In this document: in pieces, positions 34,191-46,100 of the stretch | Numbering within the stretch: position 1 is the first letter of the stretch | How the letters are laid out: every line of letters begins with the position of its first letter | From: Macrostomum lignano | Taxonomy: Eukaryota | DNA: 64,000 nucleotides | NCBI GenBank assembly: GCA_002269645.1 | Contig: NIVC01000815.1 | Location: 124,001-188,000 of the forward strand | Reading direction: 5' to 3' | Program-made: the position numbers and the translations under genes | Notes under the pieces: generated by a model | The model's input: the letters and a program-made list of their open reading frames with translations, nothing else | Told to the model about the DNA's origin: nothing | Databases searched by the model: none

Positions 34191-37100
34191 TTAGACGGCC
34201 ATGACCGGCTGGGCCATCATGAGCTCAACGCAGTGCTGCCGAACCTGCTGCCGGTTGCACTCGTTCACCGCGCGCTCCGCCTCGTGGCGCGAGAGAAGCT
34301 GACGAATGCCTCACCAGATGGGAGGCCGTCAGGACCGATGGCGATCTTAATGTCCGGAATGGTTTGCTGCGGGCGTGCGGCAACGGCGTGCAAGCATATA
34401 AATGCGTGCAAATAGGTTGTGCAAATGAATAGATGCGTACAAATAGAGTGCAATTTGATAGATGCGTGCAAATAAAGTGTGCAATTTGATAGATGCGTGC
34501 AAATAAAGTGTGCAATTTGATAGATGGTGCAAATAAAGTGCAAATGGATAGATGCGTGCAGATAGGGTGTGAAGTTTAATAGATGCGTGCAGATGGGTTG
34601 TGCAAATTAAAAGATGCGTGCAAATAGGGTGTGCAATTTGATAGATGCGTGCAAATAGGGTGCAATTTGATAGATGCGTGCAAATAGAGTATGCAGTTTG
34701 ATAGATGCGTGCAAATAGAGTATGCAGTTTGATAGATGCGTGCAAACGCCGCCGGCACTCACGGGATTGGAAGCGAAGATGGACTCGAACAGGCGCAGAA
34801 TCTCGTGAAAGTCGATGTCCTTAGGCAGGCCCTTGGCTATGATGGTGTTCATCGTGTTGAGCATGCCGGGCTGGTACATGAACGAGCCCGGCTGCATCGG
34901 CGGCTGCTGCTGCGGCGACGGCGCGTACGGATAGGCATCAGCGTGTTGGCCAGCAGGCTCGGCGCCGAGATGGGCGACGGCAGGGTCACGTGAGGAAACT
35001 GGATGGCGCCTGGACGCGACACCGGGATTAGCGGCAGCGGCGGCGGCGGTGGCGGCGCCTGCGGACTGTGGAACATCGGCTGCGGGTGGGTGAAGCGGTG
35101 GCCGGATGGTGCGGCTGGCTGACGGGCAGCAGGGTGCCGGCCGACATGGCGGGGCTGAGCAGCGGCCGTGGAACAGCCCGGGCTGGCTAGCCGTCTGCTG
35201 CATCTGCTGTTGCATTGCGGCTGCCGCGGCGGCTGCGGCGGCGGTGGCCGCTGACGGCGGACTGCCGAGAGCGCCGGGGCCAAGGCCGAGATTAGTTGGC
35301 ACCTCGTGCGGCGCGCACTGGCTGACCTCTACCTGGGAGCGCTTGCCGGTTGGCAGGTAGAACAGCTTGCGGTTCTTGCCTCGCAGGCCATGTGTGCGGC
35401 CAGCTCGGAGCTCATCTGGATGATGGCCTCGCCTGCCGGCTGGCCGATGTGATTGTACACAGGTGGACTCCCTGCGGCGGTTGCGTGCGGGGTTATATAA
35501 CATTCTTAAGGACCTTCTTTGATACTTTAGTATCTTTTATATCTAGAACTGTTGGAAATTCGAACCCAGGTTTTCACTTAAATTCACTAACAACGGACTA
35601 ATCGAACCCAGGACCTCGATTGAATTCGAACCAAGACCTCAGTGGAATTCGAACCCAGGATCTTGATGAAATTCAAACTCAGGACCTCAGTGGAATTTGA
35701 ACCCAGGATCTTGATGGAATTCGAACTCAGAATCTTAAATAAATTCGAACCCAGGATCTTGATGAAATTCGAACTCAGGACCTCAAATGAATCGAACCCA
35801 GGACCTTGATGGAATTCGAACTCGACCTCGGTGGAATTCGAACCCAGGATCTTGATGGAATTCGAACTCAGAACCTTAATGGAATTTGAACCCAGGACCT
35901 TGATGGAATTCGAACCCAGGACCTCTATGAAATTTAAAACCAGGATCTCAATGGAATTTAAACTGAGGACCTCAACGGAATTCGAACCCAGGACCTTGAT
36001 AGAATTCGAACTCAGAACCTTAATGGAATTTGAACCCAGAACCTTAATCGAATTCGAACCCAGGACCCAGGACGCGGAGGCCAGATTTGTGCACTCACCT
36101 GGAAGACAATATTCTGCGAATGGCCCTCCAAAAAGTTGAGAATGTCGGCGACGCTGGCGTCGACGGGCATGCCGCGGACGCGGATGAACATCTTGGAGAA
36201 ATTTGGCGGCTGCAGCAGCGACAGCGGAGTGAAGGGCAGCAGGCCGGGCGCGTTGGCCGGATTGTCGTGCCCGTTCTCCGCCTGCTGCGGTTCTTGAAGC
36301 TGCACAGCACCTGGTTAACCTCAGCTGGCGTGGACTTGAACAGCTCGATGTACCTGTTGCCAATGTGCTGCCTGTGATTCTGCAGTGCCGCTCCGCCAGG
36401 ATTTCGTTCTCGAATATCACGAAGGCGTCTCCGGTGGCGCGGCCGTCCTTGTGGTTGACGAACAGCACCCCTTCGGAGTCGAACTGCACAGGGCACTCGC
36501 CTTGCGAAAGAAGTCCAGCTGAAAAACATTGGGAAGGGATGGCGGCGGCGCGACCGCGGTTGAGAATGGAGGATTAATTGAGGATTAGGCCTGGGTCTCC
36601 TGGGACGCCTGTGCACACGGTAGTACAGTAGTATACCTCTCAGCATGTAACAGCTAAATTTTATTGAAGGCAATTTTGCAATATTGCCTTTGTTATCCTA
36701 CTTATGGTCTCGTATAAGTAGCACATCTAGCACATTAGAACTGTGCCCTATCTCAACTGTCCAAGTAGAAAACATAAAGTGTCCGCATCGATAGTGAATG
36801 AATGCGCGTGTGCCTGAAAAGCTGTCACCAGCGCGCCGCTTTGTCATGCAAGCCGAGTCCCAGCAGAGATCACGGTATCCAACAACGAACACTTTAACCC
36901 GCTTTCAAACACAATTGCAACAAAACCGGGGCTAGATGACCTGTTACTTTTGACGCGGCGTCAGAAAAAAAAGAAATTGCAGAAACAACCAAAATGCTAA
37001 ATAAATTTCACACCTGCAGAAAATTATTACTGTTGCTTTTGAAAATGTTTTAAAAACGCTCAGCGAGCGCTGGAGATGCACCAGACGCGGTCACCCCACA

Positions 37101-40100
37101 CGTTCAGCAACCGTAAGGTATTTAAAACACTGTTAGAAGCTTGCAAATTCATTGTCACTTTGTTAGACGCTTGCTCCCATACTTCCCTATTAATCAGATT
37201 TCAAAGGTGCGCGGCTTTTGCAAAATAAACACAAATACTCGGATATAAATGAGAGAAAGACCAGACCGTTGATGACACAAACATGCCGGACTTTTAGGGG
37301 GCCCAACAGACATTGACGGCCGCTGCCACACTTGCACCAACTGTTAGGAATGAGCACCGGTACCGGACGGACTCGCAGCTGCCGACAGCCGCCCTGATCC
37401 CGATCTCACCAGCCGCATGGCAACAGCTTAGCAACATTTAATATAGTGCAGATTTACCCTTAAAATAGTAGGATTTCCCTAGGAAGCGGTGAGGATTTTC
37501 CTTGGATAGAGTGGGGATTTCCCTTAGATAAGGAGGGGATTTTCTTCGATACGGTAGGGATTCCCTTGGATACGACGGGGATTTCCCTTGGATATAACAG
37601 GGATTTCCCTAGGATACGGCGGGGATTTCCTTGGATACGACGGGATTTCCTTTGGATACGGCGGGATTTCCTTGGATACGGTGGGAATTTCCCTTGGATA
37701 CGACGGGGATTTCCCTAGGATACGGCGGGGATTCCCTTGGATACTGCGTCAGCGACATTGTGCGGCTTAGCTTGAATCAACAGACAAGCCAAACCGTTGC
37801 ATACAGTACAGTTTACAGTTTTTGCACTGTTTAGACAGATAAATAAAACTTTCGAATGATGCAAGCAGGATGCTGGAATATTCAACACCAATTTCAGTCT
37901 AAAAAATAGTTTTATAACAGCCAAAACACAAGGACCACCAGATTTTAGACGAGACAACTCGTTTCTAGGGAAAAATTTAAAGGCTTGCATTGCCGAGATC
38001 GGGACTTTCAAATCCATTAAAAAGTTAATATTTTTGCAAATTTTTATTTTTTTAATTTATGATTTCGAATAAAACATCATTTTTTCACCTAAAATCGAAG
38101 TTCCCAACTTTGCCAATGCATTTCTTATAAAACGCGAGCCTTCAAAACCTTTCCTAGAAACAAACAGTCCAGTCTATCCCATTTCTAGTGATCCTTGGCT
38201 AAAACAGCGCCGTTGCCAAGCAGCGGCCAGCGGCCCCTCTTCTGCCTTCAATTGTCGAGCCAGCAACCGAGGATAAAAAAACTGCAGACACCCGAAAAAT
38301 TGATGTTATTTCCCTTAGAGCCAAAAGTTGCACACTGCCACAGTTGGATTAATGAGCTGCATTCCCGGAGGATCTATCAGAAGAGCACTTGTACTTAACA
38401 GAGGCAGTCGGGGCCCTACTCAGATTCCGTGATTGACTCACACTTGATCAACTCTCAGAGTCCACAGTAATTCGATGCTTAATTCGCTTCATCAACGCAG
38501 CTAAAAAATGGTGTTACGAGTGGGCATTTATCATTTCTCCCATGCACAGACAATATTCCTATCCTACTACTGTCATTATTGAGTAGTGAAAATTTGAAAA
38601 GAGGAGAGGGAAAGAAAAAAACGAGCTTAACTCCCCCGCTGTTGCTCCGCACACCCACTCGCTGCGTTCACCAACCAGCCCCACAAAATCTGCTTCGATA
38701 ATCAGCTGGTCGATTTTAGCTTTTATATCGATTTTTCAGCAGGCTAAGACACAGATCACTTATTGAATGAAGGCTGGAAGGACAGCTGGGGGCACGTGTG
38801 TCTTACCCGAACTGGGGGGAGGGGCGGGGGCTGCAGCGCAGTGTGCGGCAGGCAGTGGGAGCACAGCATGTGTCCGCAGTGCAGCCCCCGCAGCTGCACC
38901 AACACAGCCGGCCAGTCGCATAGACGCCGGTCGCAGTTCCTTATCTTCCCCAATAGAACTGTGAGGAGACAAGCTAACCTGGCCTACCCTACGCGCTGCT
39001 CTTCCCCAACTCAAAAACACAACCCGGTAGATAAAGTGAATTTTGCTACACACCTGAAACTTGAAGCATTTGGCTAATTTGGCTATAGAATTGTTTTTGG
39101 TAAAAGCTTCAGACTTGTGCGGAGGAACACGGAAAAAAGACACCAAAAAGAGAATTTTTCTGCTTCTGTAGCGCAATGGGAAAAAACTGTTGCATTTATG
39201 TACGAGTCGCTTCGCAATTGGGTGAAAAATTAGAAGAGTAAATAAAAATTGATTAGGAATGTTATTTATCTACAGGCATATATTCAGCGCAATCTATAAG
39301 AGTAGCTCATATTTTATTAGCAAGGATAATGGCAGGGGGGGGGGTTAAAAAATCTTTTAAAACGACTCATCCGCGCTAACGAAATTAGATTTGAAATTCT
39401 ATATAAAAAGAGATATTCAAGTCTGGTCAGTGAAACACGCTGCGACGCTGTTCACACAGTCGCCGTTTGAGGCACCGCAGAGTGCTTTTGTCTGCATAGA
39501 CTTCAATCGATTATTAATTTATTATTAATGTATGGGGAGGGCACAGAGGTGTATGGGGAAGGCACAGAGGTGTATGGGGAGGGCACAGAGGTGTATGGGG
39601 AGGGCACAGAGGTGTATGGGGAGGGCACAGAGGTGTATGGGGAAGGCACAGAGGTGTATGGGGAGGGCACAGAGGTGTATGGGGAGGGCACAGAGGTGTA
39701 TGGGGAAGGCACAGGGGGGTATGGGGAGGGCACAGAGGTGTATGGGGAAGGCACAGGGGGTATGGGGAGGGCACAGAGGTGTATGGGGAGGCACAGGGGG
39801 GTATGGGGAGGGCACAGAGGTGTATGGGGAAGGCACAGAGGTGTATGGGGAGGGCACAGAGGTGTATGGGGAAGGCACAGGGGGGTATGGGGAGGGCACA
39901 GAGGTGTATGGGGAAGGCACAGGGGGTATGGGGAAGGCACAGAGGTGTATGGGGAGGGCACAGGGGGTATGGGAGGGCACAGAGGTGTATGGGGAAGGCA
40001 CAGGGGGTATGGGGAGGGCACAGATGTGTATGGGGAAGGCACAGGGGGGTATGGGGAGGGCACAGAGGTGTATGGGGAAGGCACAGGGGGTATGGGAAGG

Positions 40101-43100
40101 GCACAAAGGTGCATGGGGAGGGCACAGGGGGTATGGGAAGGCACAGGGGGTATGGGAGGGCCGGGGGTATGGGAGGGCCGGGGGTGGGAGGGCACAGGGG
40201 TATGGGAGGGCACAGGGGTATGGGAGGGCCGGGGGATGGGAGGGCACAGGGGTATGGGAGTGCACAGGGGGTATGGGAGTGCACAGGGGGTATGGGAGGG
40301 CAGGGGGGATGGGAGGGCACAGGGGTATGGGAGGGCACAGGGGTATGGGAGGGCCGGGGGGTGGGAGGGCACAGGGGTATGGGAGTGCACAGGGGGTATG
40401 GGAGGGCCGGGGGATGGGAGGGCACAGGGGTATGGGAGGGCCGGGGGGTGGGAGGGCACAGGGGTATGGGAGGGTCGGGGGTATGGGAGTGCACAGGGAG
40501 TATGGGAGGGCCGGGGGGATGGGAGGGCACAGGGGTATGGGAGGGCCGGGGGTGGGAGGGCACAGGGGTATGGGAGGGCCGGGGGATGGGAGGGCACAGG
40601 GGTATGGGAGGGCCGGGGGTGGGAGGGCACAGGGGTATGGGAGGGCCGGGGGATGGGAGGGCACAGGGGTATGGGAGGGCACAGGGGGGATGGGAGGGCA
40701 CAGGGGGTATGGGAGGGCCGGGGTATGGGAGTGCACAGGGGGTATGGGAGTGCACAGGGGGTATGGGAGTGCACAGGGGGTATGGGAGGGCCGGGGGGTG
40801 GGAGGGCACAGGGGTATGGGAGGGCCGTGGGGGGATGGGAGGACACACGGATTATGGGGAAGGAACAGGGGGCACGTGGGTGGGCATAGGGAGGACAAAG
40901 TTGAAGTACAGGCGATTTAAAAGTGAATGCTTAGTTGAACAATTCGGCCAAATGAAAATTTGGGCCTGCTGATCCCGACCTTCCCCGACCTAACCAAATA
41001 CCCCGATATGGTTAAAAAGACGTCGAAATTGTAAAAAATGGTCAATCGCCCCCGACTTAGTCTCCTCCCGAGAGGCACTTACAATTTCGTCAGCCGAGAC
41101 CGTGTAGGGCAGGCCGCGCATACGCACGAGACTCTGCGTGGGCTCAGTCAGCTTGGCTAGGAAATTCTCGCCCTCTTTTGTATCGGCGCCAGCTACGGCG
41201 ACAAAGTCTCGACCGGTGGCCCTGTAGACCTCGATGTAGCGCTGCTGCATGTGGTGCCGGTGCTTCTTCAGCGCGATGTCGCGGTGCTCCTGGCTGTCGA
41301 ATCTGATCAGAGCCTCGCCGTTGCGCCGGCCGACTTTAGACAGCACCAGGGCGATGCCGCCGGCGCTGATGTTGAGGCCGCGGAAGAACTTGTGAATGTC
41401 GGCGTCTGTCGCCTGCCAGGGCAGGCCGCGGGCGCGGACGACAGACTCGTCATCTACGGTGTCGGTTTTGCGCCTGCGGGATGGGGCGGTCTCGTGATTT
41501 ACGAGGGTCTGTGAGCATACATCCTAATAACCGGTAAGTCGCAAAAACGCCAACCCGAAAGACGTAAAACTAATTAGATGACGAGGCATGTTGCCTTTAT
41601 AATACAGTAAAAACTACTCCCGCCGTTTACCCAAATTACGTTTTAAGTTTATTTTTGCTTTCGTTTAGGGTTTCTTTCATAGGTAAGTCGCATCTTTGGT
41701 CAAAAAGTAAGTCGCACGGTTCTAGTGATAAGGATAATCCGGATTCAGGATAATCCGGTGATCCAGGATAATCTGGTAATCCAGGATATTCTGGTGATCC
41801 AGGATATTCTGGTGATCCAGGATATTCTGGTGATTCAGGATATTCTGGTGATTCAGGATATTCTGGTGATTCAGGATATTCTGGTGATTCAGGATATTCT
41901 GGTGATTCTGGTGATTCAGGATATTCTGGTGATTCAGGCTCTTTTTGATTGATCTCTTGATTCATGATAGAATATCTCTGGTAGATCTCATGACTATGGA
42001 TAGCATAACGTGAGATCCTTCGAGTTAGGCTAGATTTTTCTGGTCCGCCGCCCTGCTATGTGATCCCCTTCCCATTCACCCCAGCACTGTTGCTGACCGA
42101 GCGCACCCAATCCTCTCTTGGGTTGCGGGCGGCACTGCAGCCTCGTGTATCTATTTTGAATATCCCTTTCATTTATAATAATTGTTTACTAGACCCAATT
42201 AGCACTCATAATATCCAGCTACGCATACATAACCCGACTCACTGCAAGGAAGTGTGGGGAAGAACAGGAAGGAACTGAAGGCTTGTTTTGGATTTGATCC
42301 AGCGGGTCTGGGCTCTGAGTCTTTGTGAAAATGTCCCAAGCGTTGTCGACCACAGATCGCTGCCCAGATATAGCCCGGATTCGAAGGCTAGAAGTGGCCG
42401 GGGATGGCCGGAAGGACCGGGGGGTCGATTAGAGCAAACAATCAATTTTTATAAATGCCATTCCGCACGCCTCCGATTCTTCTAATTCTGCCTGTGGGAT
42501 TCAAATCCCCGCGCTTTTGGGGATCCGCGCGGCTGGCCCTTTCCCTTTAATCCGCGATTATGGAAGCCGTCACGGGCTGAGTCGGGGGCGGAAGTCGAGT
42601 CATACAACCAACCCCCGACTCACCCCCACCCCGTATTTTGCGCGTGACGTGGCATAGTAGGTCACTCCCCACACTGCTACAGATGGCACAGATACAGTAA
42701 GGCTGTTACCAAACACTTACACAATGGCAGGATGGTAAAACTGGTTCACTTTCTCCGGTTCCTTGAAGGTGTGACCTGCGTGTTTTGGGGGTAAAGTTGA
42801 ATGAGAAAAACTATACTGTAAATGGGAGCATGAATAACACGAATAACATCTATTGAAATGTACTATTAGAACATAGGACTTTAAGCAGGACTTTCCCATT
42901 GAAATTTTTCGAATGGGATTTTTGTCCTCCATTTAGACAGCGGGTGCACGAGATATGGGATATCTATCCCAAACTAAACCATTGGGGTCTGAGATATGGG
43001 ATTTTTATCCCAAACTAAACCATTGGGATCTGAGATATGGGATTTTTATCCCAAACTACCCATTGGGATCTGAGATATGGGATTTTTATCCCAAACTACC

Positions 43101-46100
43101 CATTGGGATCTGAGATATGGGATTTTTATCCCAAACTACTTATTGGGATCTGAGATATGGGATTTTTATCCCAAACTACCCATTGGGATCTGAGATATGG
43201 GATTTTTATCCCAAACTGCCCATTGGGATCTGAGATATGGGATTTTTATCCCAAACTGCCCATTGGGATCTGAGATATGGGATTTTTATCCCAAACTGCC
43301 CATTGGGATCTGAGATCGCAAGCATAGCACAGCACTCACCATCGTTCAACAATCTGCTGATGACGCGGGACATGGCGATGCACTGTCGGGTGCCAAAGTC
43401 CGGCGAATTGTCGAACTGCATTTCCAGCGCTAATTGATTGGCCGCCCAGTTTGGGCAAGTCGAGTTAAGAAAGGAACAACAAGGTCAAACGCTATTCAAA
43501 TCCCACCCACCCACCCAGTTCCCAACTCCGGCTCCCCTTGCCACCCAGAAGACCAACAATTGCAACATTCCTTTTACAGTCTTGTCTTGACCCACTCTTG
43601 CGAGTTGTATAGTATAGTATAAGTGGAGTTGAGACACAGCTTGAGAAGATTTTGAACTGGCTATAAAATTATTATTTTTATTTTTCTTGAGCCAGCCCCC
43701 CCCCCCCAAGGCCAGGCAACAGCTGCAAGCGTGGGGGGGGGGTGGAAGGAGGGAAAATTTCCAAGATCCAGAATAAATCCCACTGTGCTTCCCTTAGCTG
43801 GCCCGGGGTTCTTCGGGGGGGGGGTGGGGGAATAATGAGGATTAAACTCGGGAGCTCAAGGCAGCAGCTGCTGTTGAGCACCTTTCTACACCGCGCACTG
43901 AGCATGAAAGCCATTCTCAAATGGTGAGTTATTAAGACTCAAACGACCGGCTAAAACAATGTACGCTTGTACACTTCTCCTGTGCGTGCTCGCCCGCGTG
44001 CAACACGGATTCTGCTTTCGAAGCAAAAATCGATCTGGTTCCGCTCTGACTCTCCGCCTGACTCCCAAAAATCGATCGATAATTCACTTCTCAGGAGGGA
44101 AATTAAAACTGGCTGTTGTTGTTTGTGTGCACAGTTGCGCTACTCTCCCCCTTACTCCCCTCTAACCTCTGCTGATCGTCTCTCCCGGACCTGAGCTCTC
44201 CCGCGGCTTCGGTGGGTTGGACAAACATTTTTTATTACCTATAGTTCTCAAATATAAGAATCATAAGATCCGACCGCTGGGAATTTTCCCAAAAAATCCT
44301 ACTTTGTTACGAATAGACACTGGCTGACGCAATCCAGCGCTGAAGTCAAATACGGCGGTAATGAGATCGAGACTCCCATAAGATCGACACTCGGCACTGA
44401 CTTATCTCTCTCTAATTTCACGAATTGAGGCATTCCGCGATGAGGCGTCAATATTGAGTCGAGAAGTTAGTGGCTTATACAGCACCGGGAAGAGAGGGGA
44501 TCCCGAGTTTGAAGGCAATTGCAGCTGCTCAAGAGGCCTATATGGCGCTTGAGCATGAAGAGACAATAGAGGTAGGGGTTGCGCAGCTGCGGTCACTGCC
44601 GCTTCCAAAACTCCCAGTTTATGGAAATCCCCCGGCCCCGGTAAACAAAGGGAGACATACTTATGCACACAGAGGAAGCCGGGATAGCCAGAGAGAGTCG
44701 CATGCTGTTGCAGAAACAGCTGTTGCCTTGCCTATGGGGCAAAGAATTTAGGGGGGCCTAGTTAAAGCTAGGCATTTTGCTCAGGCTAGAAATTTAATAT
44801 CGCTCGCTGTCTCTTGCTCAGCGAGAGCGCATGCCGACTCAAATTAGAATAAGAGTAGTAATTAAGGCTTACTTCATTCACCTATCAGGGCGCCTTGTCA
44901 GGGGCTATTGGAAGGGTCAATTTTCGAACGTTTGCTGCGATTTGAAGGCCGAATTTTAATACAATCTGACACCCTGTGCGCGGCCTGCAGAGACTAAGAA
45001 ATCTTTGGCAAACTTGGGTCAGAGTTTTTGCTTTGGAAAATTGCACGATCTGAATAATGCCCTCTGCTGCCCCTCCAGTGCTACCTCAGATCCTCCAGTG
45101 CTATCCCCTTGTCCTCCAGTGCTATCCCCTTGTCCTCCAGTGCTATCCCCTTGTCCTCCAGTGCTACCCCAGGTCCTCCAGTGCTATCCCCTTGTCCTCC
45201 AGTGCTACCCCCTTGTCCTCCAGTGCTACCCCAGGTCCTCCAGTGCTATCCCCTTGTCCTCCAGTGCTACCCCCTTGTCCTCCAGTGCTACCCCAGGTCC
45301 TCCAGTGCTATCCCCTTGTCCTCCAGTGCTACCCCCTTGTCCTCCAGTGCTACCCCAGGTCCTCCAGTGCTATCCCCTTGTCCTCCAGTGCTACCCCCTT
45401 GTCCTCCAGTGCTACCCCAGGTCCTCCAGTGCTATCCCCTTGTCCTCCAGTGCTACCCCCTTGTCCTCCAGTGCTACCCCAGGTCCTCCAGTGCTACCTC
45501 AGGTCCTCCAGTGCTACCTCAGGTCCTCCAATGCTACCTCAGGTCCTCCAGTGCTACCTCAGGTCCTCCAGTGCTACTTCAGGTCCTCCAGTGCTACCTC
45601 AGGTCCTCCAGTGCTACCCCCTTGTCCTCCAGTGCTACCCCAGGTCCTCCAGTGCTACCCCAGGTCCTCCAGTGCTACCCCAGGTCCTCCAGTGCTATCC
45701 CCTTGTCCTCCAGTGCTACCCCCTTGTCCTCCAGTGCTACCCCAGGTCCTCCAGTGCTATCCCCTTGTCATCCAGTGCTATCCCCTTGTCCTCCAGTGCT
45801 ACCTCAGGTCCTCCAGTGCTACCTCAGGTCCTCCAGTGCTACCTCAGGTCCTCCAGTGCTACCTCAGGTCCTCCAGTGCTACCTCAGGTCCTCCAGTGCT
45901 ACCTCAGGTCCTCCAGTGCTACCTCAGGTCCTCCAGTGCTACCTCAGGTCCTCCAGTGCTACCTCAGGTCCTCCAGTGCTACCTCAGGTCCTCCAGTGCT
46001 ACCTCAGGTCCTCCAGTGCTACCTCAGGTCCTCCAGTGCTACCTCAGGTCCTCCAGTGCTACCTCAGGTCCTCCAGTCCCCAGTTCTTGCACTCGAAAGG

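Noticed and set aside
34191-36518. Programmed frameshifting or insertional RNA editing in ESRP
   Set aside because: There are no slippery heptamers and there are too many sites. Deletions in short G/C runs are typical of sequencing consensus error.
39503-40972. Six 400-460-aa Pro-rich or Gly-rich ORFs
   Set aside because: They are translations of an intronic G-rich minisatellite open in all frames. The ESRP exons splice across it in phase.
41636-41965. Minus-strand (PEYPES)n ORF
   Set aside because: It is an 18-bp repeat inside the ESRP intron between phase-matched exons, with no supporting splice sites.
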